Below are positions 26,723 through 37,020 of a DNA stretch of 64,000 nucleotides, one piece after another (the stretch's first letter is position 1; the number at the start of each line of letters is the position of its first letter). Under the pieces are notes generated by a model. The model did no database searches. It had not been told where the DNA came from and saw only the letters and a program-made list of their open reading frames with translations. The stretch covers positions 224,001 to 288,000 of the forward strand of contig CBDASZ010000002.1 in the NCBI GenBank assembly GCA_965199755.1, given 5' to 3'. The position numbers were made by a program, and so were the translations under genes. The DNA is from an uncultured candidatus Porisulfidus sp. GTDB taxonomy: Bacteria; Pseudomonadota; Gammaproteobacteria; Poriferisulfidales; Poriferisulfidaceae.

Positions 26723-27321
26723 TCGGGAGGTTTGCTAGCCGGGTGCAGTACATTCATGACGGCCTGAAAGTCTCCAGCGCGCAGCGCATCGAGATGCCGC
26801 AGCGAATCCGCGATGAGCGTCTGCATCCGCTCATATTCAGCGAGCGGCAGCGGGTGCAGCACGTAATCCGTCACCTGCGAAGCCTCACCGGGATGCCCGA
26901 CACCGACCTTCAGTCGCCAGAACTCGGCTCCGGCATGCTGCTGCAGATCGCGAATGCCGTTATGACCGCCATGGCCGCCGCCGAACTTCAGCCGCATACT
27001 ACCCTCCGGCAGATCAATGTCATCCTGCACCACCAGCAAGGCGGATTCGGGTAATCGGTAATAGCGACAGGCCGCCGCAATGGGCAGGCCGCTGACATTG
27101 ACGTAGGTGTTCGGGCGCAACAGGCGCAAGGTGGAGCCGTCGGCTGCGGTATGCGCCGCCACCTCAGCCTGGAAGGAGGACGCGGTCTTGAAAGAGGCCC
27201 CCAGATGCGCCGCCAGCGCATCCACAAACCAGAAGCCTACGTTGTGTCGGGTGCGGGCGTATTTCTCGCCAGGATTGCCCAGCCCCGCGATCACCCGGAT
27301 CGCCTCAGGAGAATCAGCCAT
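26719..27321 (-). CDS. pth: Peptidyl-tRNA hydrolase
   Basis: Motifs GLGNPGEKYARTRHNVGF and GGHGGHNG. Confidence 0.97.
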   Translation of the reverse strand: MADSPEAIRVIAGLGNPGEKYARTRHNVGFWFVDALAAHLGASFKTASSFQAEVAAHTAADGSTLRLLRPNTYVNVSGLPIAAACRYYRLPESALLVVQDDIDLPEGSMRLKFGGGHGGHNGIRDLQQHAGAEFWRLKVGVGHPGEASQVTDYVLHPLPLAEYERMQTLIADSLRHLDALRAGDFQAVMNVLHPASKPPE

Positions 27322-27336
27322 GGGCAGGGCTTGGAA

Positions 27337-28020
27337 TCAGGATTCCGGCTGCTGCTCAGAATCCTCTGTATCCGCGTCGGCCTCTCCCTCGACTTCCTCG
27401 CCCTCTGGCTCCTCGACTTCCTCTTCCTCGATGATCTGTTCGCGGCGCTCGTTGATGATGACAATCGCGTGATCATGCCCGTGCATCAACTCCGTCAATT
27501 CCACGCCGTCGGGCAACTCCACAGATGACAAGTGCACTGGCTCACCGATGTGCAGGTGTGAGACGTCCACTTCGATGTATTCCGGGAGATCCGCCGGCAA
27601 GCAGTTCACCTCGATTTCAGTCATCAGGTGGCTAAAGATACCGCTTTGCTCCTTGATGCCGGGTGCCTCTTCCTCGCCCATGAAATGGAACGGTACCGTG
27701 ATGTGAATCTTCTCGTCCTGGCGAATGCGCTGCATGTCCAGATGCAACACGATGTCGGAGCGCACCGGATGACGCTGTATGCCGCGCAGAATGACTTTCT
27801 GCTTCTTGCCATCCACGCTCAGGCTCAGAATGTGCGAGTAAAACGCCTCCTGTTCCAGGTGGCGCATCAGTTCTCTGCCATCCAGCGTGATCGATACGGT
27901 CTCACGGCCAGCGCCATAAACCACGCCGGGTATCTGGCCATTGCGGCGCATGCGCCGTACGGCGACGGATCCGGTTTCCGTGCGCGATTGCGCGGACAGG
28001 CTAAAATCAAGGTCGCTCAT
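27337..28020 (-). CDS. rplY: 50S ribosomal protein L25/Ctc
   Basis: Motifs IPGVVYG, QRHPV, LHLD, LPEYIEVDVS; acidic tail. Confidence 0.96.
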   Translation of the reverse strand: MSDLDFSLSAQSRTETGSVAVRRMRRNGQIPGVVYGAGRETVSITLDGRELMRHLEQEAFYSHILSLSVDGKKQKVILRGIQRHPVRSDIVLHLDMQRIRQDEKIHITVPFHFMGEEEAPGIKEQSGIFSHLMTEIEVNCLPADLPEYIEVDVSHLHIGEPVHLSSVELPDGVELTELMHGHDHAIVIINERREQIIEEEEVEEPEGEEVEGEADADTEDSEQQPES

Positions 28021-28120
28021 GGACGGGTGCAGGGTCTCCCCCGTTGTGTTCGGGCGGGTATTATTCGGAAAAGCGCGCCAAAGGTCAAGTCTGAGGGTCG
28101 CGAGGGTCGGCGCAAACCTG

Positions 28121-28137
28121 TTTAGACAAGGTCTAAA
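28121..28137. promoter_or_regulatory. 7-3-7 palindromic operator (Irr/Fur-family-like) over rubrerythrin promoter
   Basis: Perfect inverted repeat TTTAGAC-AAG-GTCTAAA, overlapping the -35 region of an extended -10 TGcTATACT (28141-28149). Confidence 0.65.
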
Positions 28138-28209
28138 TTATGCTATACTAACATTCTAGTCGGCGAATACGCCGAACTTTTCTGACTGCATGTTACAAGG
28201 AGAAACACC

Positions 28210-28632
28210 ATGTCGACACTAAAAGGAAGCCGCACCGAACAAAACCTGAAGGATGCGTTCTCCGGCGAATCACAAGCGAACCGGCGTTATCTCTACTTCG
28301 CCTCCAAGGCTGACGTAGAAGGATACAACGATGTCTCCGCCGTGTTCCGTTCCACTGCCGAAGGCGAAACCGGCCACGCGCACGGTCATCTCGAATACCT
28401 TGAAGACTGCGGCGATCCGGCGACCGGCCTGCCGATCGGCAACACCGAAAGCAACCTGAAAGCCGCCATCGCAGGCGAGACCCACGAATACACGGACATG
28501 TATCCGGGTATGGCGAAAGCCGCGCGTGAGGAAGGTTTCGATGAGATTGCGGACTGGTTCGAGACGCTGGCGCGCGCCGAGCGCTCTCATGCCAATCGCT
28601 TTCAGAAATCTCTGGACACACTCGACGGCTGA
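28210..28632 (+). CDS. Rubrerythrin (short, no rubredoxin domain)
   Basis: Motifs [36 protein letters not shown]. Confidence 0.95.
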   Translation: MSTLKGSRTEQNLKDAFSGESQANRRYLYFASKADVEGYNDVSAVFRSTAEGETGHAHGHLEYLEDCGDPATGLPIGNTESNLKAAIAGETHEYTDMYPGMAKAAREEGFDEIADWFETLARAERSHANRFQKSLDTLDG

Positions 28633-28698
28633 GCAAGGATTGAATCGGGTCCGGGGCGCACGGGCGGCCTGGGCTCGCGTTCACTATATATTCTGACA

Positions 28699-30054
28699 AT
28701 GGCCCCTGACACTGCTGCTCAAGAACAGGGTCTGGAGGCGCCCACGCGCCATGTTTTAAACTGGAAAGATCCGCAATTCACGGATCCGGACGCGCTCAAT
28801 GCAGAACTGGAGCGCGTGTTTGACATCTGTAGCGGCTGCCGTCGCTGCATCAATCTCTGCAACGCATTCCCCACCCTGTTTGACCTGATCGACAACTCGG
28901 AGACCTTCGAGATTGACGGCGTCGCCAAAGAGGACTACGGCAAGGTCGTAGCAGAATGCTACATATGCGATCTGTGCTTTAGCACCAAATGTCCGTATGT
29001 GCCGCCGCACTCATGGAATCTGGATTTTCCTCATTTGATGCTGCGTGCCAAACACGCCAAATTCAAGAGCGAAAAACCAAGCTGGAACGAGCGCCTGCTG
29101 TCCGCAACCGACGGCATCGGCAAATTTTATGGCATCCCGATCATTGCGCAAACCACCAACTTCGTCTTCGGAAACAAGACCCTGCGCCGCATACTGGAAC
29201 CCGTCACCCAGATTCATCGCGATGCCCCTACTCCGCGCATCGTGCCGAGGCCTAAACACGCCCGCGCCGTCCACAAGGAGCTACGCCCCTCCAAGACCGG
29301 CCCTGTGCTTCTGGAGGATCAAACCAGTGAACACCACGTGCTACTGTTCGCCACTTGCTACATCAATCAAAATGAACCGCAGATACTCGATGACATGATC
29401 GCCATCCTCAGGCACAACAATGTCAGCGTGCACATGGCCGAGCAGGAAGCCTGCTGTGGCATGCCGAGAATGGAATTTGGCAACTTCGAGAAGGTTGAGA
29501 AGCAAAAGAACAAAAACATCCCACACCTGAAAGCCGCAGTGGACCAGGGCTTCGATATCCTCGCCGCAATCCCTTCCTGCGTAATGATGTTCCGCAAGGA
29601 AATGCCACTGCTGTTCCCGGACGACCCCGACATCAAGGCCGTCGCCAAACATGTCATGGGGCCGTTCGAATACTTCAAGCGTCTGCATGACGCCGGACAC
29701 CTCAACACCGAATTTCCGCACTCTCTTGGAAAACTGGTGCTACATTCCTCCTGCCATCAGCGCGTCCAGATGGTGGGACATCCCGTCAGCGACATTTTCG
29801 AGCTGGTCCCGGACACCAATGTCACCACCATTGAGCGCTGTTCAGGGCATGACGGCACGTATGCCGTCAAGCGGGACACCTACCAAAAAGCGTGCAAGAT
29901 CGGCCGCCCGATAGCGCGCCATATCGACACCATCAAACCCGACCATTACGGTAGCGACTGCCCCTTGGCCTCCCAGCATATCGGCCATCTCTCCAACCTC
30001 GAAATCCACTCCGAACACCCTCTCCGGTTGCTGCGCAACGCCTATGGCATCTGA
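28699..30054 (+). CDS. Rubrerythrin-associated Fe-S oxidoreductase (GlpC/HdrD-like)
   Basis: Motifs CSGCRRCINLC, CYICDLC...CPY, CCG, HSSCH, RCSGHDG, SDCP. Confidence 0.9.
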   Translation: MAPDTAAQEQGLEAPTRHVLNWKDPQFTDPDALNAELERVFDICSGCRRCINLCNAFPTLFDLIDNSETFEIDGVAKEDYGKVVAECYICDLCFSTKCPYVPPHSWNLDFPHLMLRAKHAKFKSEKPSWNERLLSATDGIGKFYGIPIIAQTTNFVFGNKTLRRILEPVTQIHRDAPTPRIVPRPKHARAVHKELRPSKTGPVLLEDQTSEHHVLLFATCYINQNEPQILDDMIAILRHNNVSVHMAEQEACCGMPRMEFGNFEKVEKQKNKNIPHLKAAVDQGFDILAAIPSCVMMFRKEMPLLFPDDPDIKAVAKHVMGPFEYFKRLHDAGHLNTEFPHSLGKLVLHSSCHQRVQMVGHPVSDIFELVPDTNVTTIERCSGHDGTYAVKRDTYQKACKIGRPIARHIDTIKPDHYGSDCPLASQHIGHLSNLEIHSEHPLRLLRNAYGI

Positions 30055-30637
30055 GCACAAAATCAGCCGTGCCGATCTGCTGACGCTGGAAGCCTACTCC
30101 GAACAGCGCGCCGAATGGCGCTCTAAAGTCATGGCGCACAAGAAACTTCGGGTGATTGCACTGGGCGATGATGCGCGACTGTATTTCGAGGATCGCATCA
30201 CCATGCAGTATCAGATCCAGGAAATGCTCCGGGTGGAGAAAATCTTTGAAGCGGAAGGCATTCAGGACGAACTGGAGGTCTACAACGAACTGATCCCGGA
30301 CGGCACCAACCTGAAGGCGACCTTTATGCTGGAGTATGACGATATCGAACAGCGCCGCCGTGAACTGGCGCGGCTGACTGGCATTGAGGATACCCTGTGG
30401 GCGCAAGTCGGAGAAGAGGCGCGCATTTATGCGATTGCCAATGAAGATCTGGAGCGCTCAACCGATGAGAAAACCTCCTCCGTGCACTTCGTGCGCTTTG
30501 AGTTCCCCGACGAGCAGATTCACGCCTTGAAGGAAGGTGCCGAGTTGCGCTTCGGCATCGAACACGAACACTACCCGCACAGCAGCGAGACGCTGCCTGA
30601 AGCGGTTCGTCAGTCGCTGGTTTCGGATTTCGATTGA
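30044..30637 (+). CDS. DUF3501 family protein
   Basis: Motifs YQIQEMLRVE, YNELIP, KTSSVHFVRF; canonical third gene of the rbr-RFO-DUF3501 cluster. Confidence 0.9.
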   Translation: MASEHKISRADLLTLEAYSEQRAEWRSKVMAHKKLRVIALGDDARLYFEDRITMQYQIQEMLRVEKIFEAEGIQDELEVYNELIPDGTNLKATFMLEYDDIEQRRRELARLTGIEDTLWAQVGEEARIYAIANEDLERSTDEKTSSVHFVRFEFPDEQIHALKEGAELRFGIEHEHYPHSSETLPEAVRQSLVSDFD

Positions 30638-31467
30638 GGCGGACGGCGCGGCGGCGCGTCGTAGACCACAGCCTCCGTCAGGTTGTAGACCAGAAAAGCG
30701 CGCCCTTTCGCCCGCGCGATCATCACCACGCCCAGATCGGCCGCCAGTTCCACTCCCATACTGGTCACCCCGGAGCGCGACAGCAACACCGGAATGCCCA
30801 TCCCGGCCGCCTTCATCACAATCTCCGAAGTCAGACGTCCAGTGGTGTAAAAAATCTTGTCCGCGCCTTCCACGCCCTGCAACCACATGCGCCCGGCGAT
30901 CGTGTCGGCCGCGTTGTGCCGCCCGACATCCTCCACAAACATCAGAATCTCCTCACCGCGACATAGCGCACAGCCGTGCACCGCGCCGGACTGCTTGTAG
31001 ATCTGATTGGAACTCGCGATCACTTCAAGCAGGCGATAAATCAAGGACTGGCGCACTTCAACCTGCGGCAGCTGCTGGTCATACAGATGATCCAGCGTGC
31101 AACTAAACACCGTGCCCTGCCCGCAGCCGGTAGTGACGGTGCGCCCGGACAGTTTCGCCTCCAGATCCTCAATGCCGCGCCCCGGCTGCATGGTCACATC
31201 CACCGCCTCACGCTCCCAGTCCACCCGAATGGAGGCGACATCCTCCATGCGCGCCACCAGCCGCTGATTGCGCAAATACCCCAGCGCCAGTTCTTCAGGG
31301 AACATGCCCAGCGTCATCAGCGACACAATCTCGCGTTCGTCCACCCGCAGGGTCAAGGGCCGCTCACCGGCCACCCGAACGGTGCGCGCATCGCCGTACT
31401 GATCGCGGACCTCGACTTCCTGAGTCGGCTCCAGACCTTCGGCACTCAGCTGCGGCTCAGTGCTCAT
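30610..31467 (-). CDS. fdhD: Formate dehydrogenase accessory sulfurtransferase FdhD
   Basis: Motifs TTGCGQG, GAVHGCAL, EDVGRHNAAD, TGRLTSEIV. Confidence 0.93.
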   Translation of the reverse strand: MSTEPQLSAEGLEPTQEVEVRDQYGDARTVRVAGERPLTLRVDEREIVSLMTLGMFPEELALGYLRNQRLVARMEDVASIRVDWEREAVDVTMQPGRGIEDLEAKLSGRTVTTGCGQGTVFSCTLDHLYDQQLPQVEVRQSLIYRLLEVIASSNQIYKQSGAVHGCALCRGEEILMFVEDVGRHNAADTIAGRMWLQGVEGADKIFYTTGRLTSEIVMKAAGMGIPVLLSRSGVTSMGVELAADLGVVMIARAKGRAFLVYNLTEAVVYDAPPRRPPQSKSETSD

Positions 31468-32752
31468 GCGGCGACTCCTTCTCCTCAGGGGCAGGCTCCC
31501 GCCGCGGGTAGATGCGTACGGTGCGCACCGAGGTGCCGTCCAGTTTCACGACTTCCATGGGATAACGGTTGAGCATCAGGCACATGCCAGCGGCCGGAAT
31601 CTCCTCGAGATGCTCCAGAATCAATCCGTTCAGGGTGCGCGGGCCCTCCAAAGGAAAGCTGCTGTTCAACTGACCGTTCAATTCGCGCACACTGATGCTG
31701 GCGTCCACCATCATACTGCCGTCCTCCAGTACCTTGTACACATCCAGATCATACTGTCCCGGGTCCAGAGCGATGGTGCCGATCACCGACTCCAGAATAT
31801 CCTCCAGCGTCACCAGCCCCAGAACGTCACCGTATTCACTGATCACCAGACCCATGCGGCGCTTGTGCTGCTGAAAATTGTACAACTGCTCATGCAGGCG
31901 AATGCCATCAGGAATGAAGTACGGATCGCGCATGGTCTCGCGGATGAGATCGGCCGTCAGGTCCTCGTCCAGAATGTGCGGCAGCACCTTGCGCCAGTGC
32001 AGCATGCCGCCGACGTGATCAATGCTGCCCTCGTATACCGGCATGCGCGTGTAGATCGGATGGTGCAGTTGATCAAGCACCTCGTTCCAGTCCTCGTTCA
32101 GGTCAATGCCAACAATCTCGCTGCGCGGAATCATCACGTCGTTGACCGTGATCTTCTCCAGATCCAGAATGCCCAGCAGCATCTTCTGGTGATCCCCGGA
32201 GAGCAGACCGCTTGATTCGCGCACTGCATTGCGCAACTCTTCGCCGGTCAAGGCATGACTGGCCTCTTCGCGCCACACTCCAGCCAGACGCAGCAGCCCG
32301 TTGGCGAAGCGGTTGATCAGCCAGACCAAAGGCAGCGCCACCACCATTAGGAAACGATAGATGATCGCGGCCGGGTAGGCCACGCGCTCGGCGTGCATGG
32401 ACGCCAGTGTCTTCGGTGCCAGTTCCGCGAACACCAGAATCGCAATGGTGAGAAAGCCGGTGACGATCGCCACGCCGATTTCCTGAAAGTACACATAGCC
32501 CAGATAACTGGCTAACTGGGTGATCAGGATGTTGACCAGATTGTTGCCCAGCAGAATCAATCCGATCAGGCGGTCCGGGTGTTGCAGCAAGGCGCGGGCG
32601 CAGCGCGCCCCGTAATGTCCCTGCTCGGCGCGGTGATTCAAACGGTAGTGATTCAGCGCCATCAACGCGGTCTCGGAGCCAGAGAAGAACGCCGACAGCA
32701 CAAACAGCACACCCAGTACTACGAACAGCAACTCAACGGGAATCAGGCTCAT
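31457..32752 (-). CDS. HlyC/CorC (CNNM) family transporter
   Basis: Motifs [26 protein letters not shown]; CBS pair; [10 protein letters not shown]. Confidence 0.93.
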   Translation of the reverse strand: MSLIPVELLFVVLGVLFVLSAFFSGSETALMALNHYRLNHRAEQGHYGARCARALLQHPDRLIGLILLGNNLVNILITQLASYLGYVYFQEIGVAIVTGFLTIAILVFAELAPKTLASMHAERVAYPAAIIYRFLMVVALPLVWLINRFANGLLRLAGVWREEASHALTGEELRNAVRESSGLLSGDHQKMLLGILDLEKITVNDVMIPRSEIVGIDLNEDWNEVLDQLHHPIYTRMPVYEGSIDHVGGMLHWRKVLPHILDEDLTADLIRETMRDPYFIPDGIRLHEQLYNFQQHKRRMGLVISEYGDVLGLVTLEDILESVIGTIALDPGQYDLDVYKVLEDGSMMVDASISVRELNGQLNSSFPLEGPRTLNGLILEHLEEIPAAGMCLMLNRYPMEVVKLDGTSVRTVRIYPRREPAPEEKESPHEH

Positions 32753-32820
32753 TGCAACACGCGCGGCGAACGAACGCTGGACTGCCGCCTATAATTGAAA
32801 CCATCCACAGTTCTTTCCTG

Positions 32821-33312
32821 ATGAACTCCAAAGCCCGCACAACGGCACCCGATCCGGTGATCGCCCGCAATCGGAAGGCGCGCCACAACTACGCCATTGA
32901 CGAAGAGTTTGAGGCTGGACTGGTGCTGCATGGCTGGGAAGTCAAAAGTTTGCGGCTCGGCCGCGCCCAGATCAATGAGGGCTATGTCAGCGTCCGCAAC
33001 GGCGAAGTATGGCTGTTGAGTTGCCACATCACTCCCCTGCCGAACGCCGCGCATCTTGACACCGATGCGGCGCGCCCGCGTAAACTGCTGCTGCACGAAA
33101 GAGAAATCGCGCACCTGCGCGGCGCAGTGGAGCGCAAGGGCTACACGCTGGTTCCTCTGTCACTGTACTGGAAGCGGGGACGGGCCAAACTTAAGTTCGC
33201 TCTGGCGCACGGCAAGCAGGCGCGTGACCGGCGTCAGGACATCAAAAAACGCGACTGGACGCGCGAACGCGAGCGGCTGCTGCGCCATAGCAACAAGGGC
33301 CGCGAAGCCTGA
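32821..33312 (+). CDS. smpB: SsrA-binding protein SmpB
   Basis: Motifs [39 protein letters not shown]. Confidence 0.98.
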   Translation: MNSKARTTAPDPVIARNRKARHNYAIDEEFEAGLVLHGWEVKSLRLGRAQINEGYVSVRNGEVWLLSCHITPLPNAAHLDTDAARPRKLLLHEREIAHLRGAVERKGYTLVPLSLYWKRGRAKLKFALAHGKQARDRRQDIKKRDWTRERERLLRHSNKGREA

Positions 33313-33374
33313 GGCTCGCGGCCGCCTGCGTTCATATTCTGCGGCAGGGATTCGACCTTCCCGCCGCGAACCAA

Positions 33375-33623
33375 TTACTGGCTGCAGGAATACGGGGTCG
33401 TCACCACATCCACCTTTTCGCGGACGGCAGCGACACAATCGTCGTAACTGGCGTAATGACCCGCCGAATGTTTGTCGTCTCCCATGCCGACCATAGCCTC
33501 CCAGGCCCCACCGTCTGCAGACTCGCCGGTCGCGGTGTCTGGCATGGCGTCATCCTGTTGCGACAGCCAGTAGAAAAAACCAACAACAAGCACGATGATC
33601 ACTCCGGTAATTACTTTATCCAT
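33375..33623 (-). CDS. Small membrane-anchored hypothetical protein
   Basis: GGAGG RBS; N-terminal TM; acidic domain with two Cys. Confidence 0.7.
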   Translation of the reverse strand: MDKVITGVIIVLVVGFFYWLSQQDDAMPDTATGESADGGAWEAMVGMGDDKHSAGHYASYDDCVAAVREKVDVVTTPYSCSQ

Positions 33624-33708
33624 TCCCAATAGTCCTCCAAAGACAGATAGATTGCTGCGCCGCAACACAGAGGCGAGGCACAAAATACGAGTTTAAGATT
33701 ATCAGAAT

Positions 33709-34395
33709 TTAAGCGCCTTTGCTAGCCGAGGTCATCTGCGCCATAAATTCCTCATGCGCACGCTGCTCCTCCGCGCTCGGCATCAGCACCGGAATTTCCA
33801 CTTCGCTGGTGTCAATGCGATGGCTTACCACCGCCTCACTCGGTAGCTCCAGCCCGATCTGTCCGCCGGTCATCCGCAAATACACTTGCGCCAGTAACTG
33901 CGCGTCGAGCAAGGCTCCATGCTTGTCCCGATGGCTGCGATTAATGCCGTACTGATCGCACAACTGATCGAGCCCGTTGCCGCCGGGGTGCATCTTCCGC
34001 GCCATCTCCAGCGTGTCGGTGATTTTTGAGCAGTACACCGCGAAGTCGTCCTTGTAGCCGGCCGTGTGCAATTCGCGGTTGAGAAATCCCAGATCAAAAC
34101 TGGCGTTGTGAATCAGGACCTCCGCGTCCACCACAAACTCCAGCAACTCTTCCACAATGTCGGCAAACTTCGGCTTGCCGCGCAACTCCTCGCGACTGAT
34201 GCCGTGCACTTCCTGCGCCTTGGGTTCAATGTCGCGTCCCGGATCAACGTAGTGCTGCAAGACCCGACCACTGAGTTCGCGCGCCATCAACTCCACACAA
34301 CCGACCTCAATGATCCGGTTCTCCTCGGTCATGCCGGTGGTCTCCAGGTCCAGCACCACCTGCCGACCCATATTCAGCGCCTCAGTCGCCGTCAT
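33709..34395 (-). CDS. dnaQ: DNA polymerase III epsilon subunit
   Basis: Motifs LDLETTG, IHNASFD, HGALLDA, MTGGQ. Confidence 0.97.
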   Translation of the reverse strand: MTATEALNMGRQVVLDLETTGMTEENRIIEVGCVELMARELSGRVLQHYVDPGRDIEPKAQEVHGISREELRGKPKFADIVEELLEFVVDAEVLIHNASFDLGFLNRELHTAGYKDDFAVYCSKITDTLEMARKMHPGGNGLDQLCDQYGINRSHRDKHGALLDAQLLAQVYLRMTGGQIGLELPSEAVVSHRIDTSEVEIPVLMPSAEEQRAHEEFMAQMTSASKGA

Positions 34396-34832
34396 GTCTG
34401 CACCAACCGGTCAATGGCCTCATTCGCCAAAGCATCCGCGCGCTCATTGCCGGCGTCGCCAGTGTGTCCTCGCACCCAGGTCCAGTGCACCTGATGCCGG
34501 GCGGCCAGAGCGTCGAGCCGCTGCCACAAGTCCTGATTCTTGACCGGTTTGCCGTTCGCGGTCTTCCAGTTTTTCTTCTTCCAGTTGGGCATCCATGAAT
34601 TGAGCCCATCCATTAGATAGCGCGAGTCCGTCACCAGCTCGGCCTGACACGGTTCGCCCAATGCGCTCAGGGCTTCAATCGCCGCCAGCATCTCCATGCG
34701 ATTGTTGGTGGTCTGCGGATGCGCGCCCATCAATTCGCGCCGCTTGCCTTCCTCGACCAGCACCACTCCCCAGCCGCCAGGTCCCGGATTGCCGCGGCAC
34801 GCGCCGTCTGTGTAAATGGTGACCTGTTTCAT
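34392..34832 (-). CDS. rnhA: Ribonuclease HI
   Basis: Motifs [31 protein letters not shown]. Confidence 0.98.
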   Translation of the reverse strand: MKQVTIYTDGACRGNPGPGGWGVVLVEEGKRRELMGAHPQTTNNRMEMLAAIEALSALGEPCQAELVTDSRYLMDGLNSWMPNWKKKNWKTANGKPVKNQDLWQRLDALAARHQVHWTWVRGHTGDAGNERADALANEAIDRLVQT

Positions 34833-34841
34833 GGCGCGAGA

Positions 34842-35576
34842 TTATATGCGCGTGGTCGGTTCGGCCCCTGCCAAGGCATCCGACAGCACCGTCGAGGGCC
34901 GATACCAAGGCTCTCGGGTCGGCGTCAATGGCAGGCGCAACTTGCGCGCACGAATGCAACACACCCCTCCGAAATGATTCCAGCGCCAGCGACTTTGATG
35001 CTCCAGCACCTGCAGACTGCGCTGTATCACTGCATTGTGAATGGGTGGGCGGAACACTGTGTAGGTGCAGGCTTCGGTCTCCAGATTCAACACGGACAGC
35101 CAGTCCCTTACGCGACCCGATCCATAAAAATGCTGGCTCCACGGAAACTTCCACGGCGCGAACAGGCGGCGCAACCCATAGCAACTCCACGGATTGAATC
35201 CGGCCAGCACGAGACGCCCGTTGGCCACCAGCACCCGCTCCGCTTCGCGCAGCACCCGATGCGGCTGCGCACTCAATTCCAGCGCATGCGCCAGCACCAG
35301 AAGGTCCACCGTGTTGGAGGCCACCGGCAGCGCATCCGGTGTTCCTCGAAACTGACCGCTGCGCGCATCCGGGTGCATCAGAAAAGAGCGGTGCACTTCG
35401 GTCGCTGATGTCAATTCTTCGTCACACAAGGCCGCGGGGCCGCAGTAAATTGCATGCTGACCCCACGAATCCTGCTGCAGCGTCTGCAACTGTCGACGCA
35501 CCAGTTCAGCCGACAGACGCCCTGCGCCGGTGGCGTACCACTGGTCGAGTTTGCTGTAGTTCTCGATTTGAGACAC
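34842..35576 (-). CDS. YafS-like class I SAM-dependent methyltransferase
   Basis: Motifs PHRVLREAERVL and GFNPWS; conserved position next to rnhA. Confidence 0.88.
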   Translation of the reverse strand: MSQIENYSKLDQWYATGAGRLSAELVRRQLQTLQQDSWGQHAIYCGPAALCDEELTSATEVHRSFLMHPDARSGQFRGTPDALPVASNTVDLLVLAHALELSAQPHRVLREAERVLVANGRLVLAGFNPWSCYGLRRLFAPWKFPWSQHFYGSGRVRDWLSVLNLETEACTYTVFRPPIHNAVIQRSLQVLEHQSRWRWNHFGGVCCIRARKLRLPLTPTREPWYRPSTVLSDALAGAEPTTRI

Positions 35577-35582
35577 GGGTGC

Positions 35583-36227
35583 TCACGGCGACAGGCGATC
35601 CTGTTGCCACATCCCGTCATCGCCGAGACGAAAGCGAATGCGATCGTGCAGGCGGCAGGAGGCGTTCTGCCAAAACTCAATCGTATGTGGACTCAGGGCA
35701 TATCCACCCCAGAACTCCGGGCACGGAACATCCTGACCCTCAAAGCGCTGCGTGGCCTCCTCGAACTGACGCTGCAACTGGTTATGATCTCCCACCACTT
35801 GACTCTGATGCGAGGCATAAGCCCCCAGCTGACTGCTGCGCGGGCGCGTGCGGAAATACTGCTCGTTTTTCTCAGCCGATAGCTGTCGCACAGAGCCTTC
35901 CACCCGAACCTGCCGGCCGGGAGGCTCCCACCAAAAGGTCAGCGCCGCAAAACCACTGGCTTGCAATTCGCGAGACTTGGCGCTGTTGTAGTTGGTATAG
36001 AACACAAACTCCTCATCGTGCAGTTCCTTGAACAAGACCATGCGCGCACGCGGACGGCCTTGGGCATCCACGGTGGCAATATTCATGGCGTTCGGCAACG
36101 GCCGGCCGTCATCAGCCTCCTGAAACCATGTGGAGAACAGGGCGAACGGATCCGATCCGGCAGCCGCGCGGGTCAGGGGTGGGGGTGTAGTATCAATCAT
36201 GCGGTATATTATGATGGACGCTTTCAC
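35583..36227 (-). CDS. pdxH: Pyridoxine/pyridoxamine 5'-phosphate oxidase
   Basis: Motifs RMVLFK, FYTNYNSAK, RQVRVEG, WGGY, EFWQ...RLHDR. Confidence 0.96.
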   Translation of the reverse strand: MKASIIIYRMIDTTPPPLTRAAAGSDPFALFSTWFQEADDGRPLPNAMNIATVDAQGRPRARMVLFKELHDEEFVFYTNYNSAKSRELQASGFAALTFWWEPPGRQVRVEGSVRQLSAEKNEQYFRTRPRSSQLGAYASHQSQVVGDHNQLQRQFEEATQRFEGQDVPCPEFWGGYALSPHTIEFWQNASCRLHDRIRFRLGDDGMWQQDRLSP

Positions 36228-36247
36228 ACTACCGCCTACTCTTACTT

Positions 36248-36472
36248 ATGAGCGCAGAAACCATGATCAAGCGAGCCAGTGATGACGGTTTCATCATCGC
36301 CTGGAAATACAAATACAAGTTTGAAGTCGGCGTCCTCGACGGCGAAATGACCTACAGCGAAGCGCTGGAGAAATGCGCACAGTTGTGTGCCGAAGATCCG
36401 GAGAAGACCTTCTGGCCGCAGCGCACGGAAGCGACCAGCGACTCCTACGGAAAATTCCACAAGGCGCACTGA
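36248..36472 (+). CDS. Small hypothetical protein
   Basis: 74-aa ORF divergent from pdxH, with protein-like composition. Confidence 0.7.
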   Translation: MSAETMIKRASDDGFIIAWKYKYKFEVGVLDGEMTYSEALEKCAQLCAEDPEKTFWPQRTEATSDSYGKFHKAH

Positions 36473-37020
36473 AGACCTCGAAACGCACCTCAGGCGCTAC
36501 ATGGCGTCTGTTCTTCGCGCTGTTCCCGGACACCCCCACACGCGAACAACTGCTGCGTGTTCAGCAGCGCATTCAGTCTGAACGCGGGCGCGCCACGCGA
36601 GAGGAAAACCTGCACCTGACCTTACTGTTCCTCGGTGAGGTGGAAACACATCGCATATTCGATCTGCAAGAGATCGTCCCGCGTCTTGACCATCTGGATG
36701 CGGAGCTGGAACTCGACGCGTTCGGCAGCTTCGGACACGCCGGGAAACACAGCCTTTGGCTCGGTCCGTCACAGCCGCCTGAAACATTGCTGCAATGGCG
36801 CAAGCAACTGGTGCGGGAAGTGAGCCGGCTGGGTTTGCAGGTCCGGCGCGAAACCTGGCGTCCGCACATCACCTTGTATCGCGGAGCATCAGGGTTGCGG
36901 CACATGCCGGAGCGACTCGAAGAAGCGCTGGCGTGGCGGGTGGGATCCTGCACTCTGGTGCGCTCACATCTGACACCGCAAGGGCCTGTTTATAAGAGAC
37001 TGCCACCAAGGTTCGAGTAG
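36469..37020 (+). CDS. thpR: RNA 2',3'-cyclic phosphodiesterase
   Basis: RLFFAL and two HxT motifs (HLTL, HITL). Start uncertain. Confidence 0.9.
   Translation: MKTSKRTSGATWRLFFALFPDTPTREQLLRVQQRIQSERGRATREENLHLTLLFLGEVETHRIFDLQEIVPRLDHLDAELELDAFGSFGHAGKHSLWLGPSQPPETLLQWRKQLVREVSRLGLQVRRETWRPHITLYRGASGLRHMPERLEEALAWRVGSCTLVRSHLTPQGPVYKRLPPRFE

Noticed and set aside
27337-27430. Glu-rich repetitive tail of L25 and Ala/Pro linker of AccB as novel repeats
   Set aside because: Ordinary low-complexity features of these families.
28210-30637. Rubrerythrin-RFO-DUF3501 cluster as a new system
   Set aside because: Already described as the aerobic-type rubrerythrin cluster. Only its operator is reported as a finding.
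33312-33710. Full-length tmRNA (ssrA) next to smpB
   Set aside because: Only 62 bp of intergenic space, followed by a plausible convergent CDS. No GGGGC 5' end or tag reading frame.
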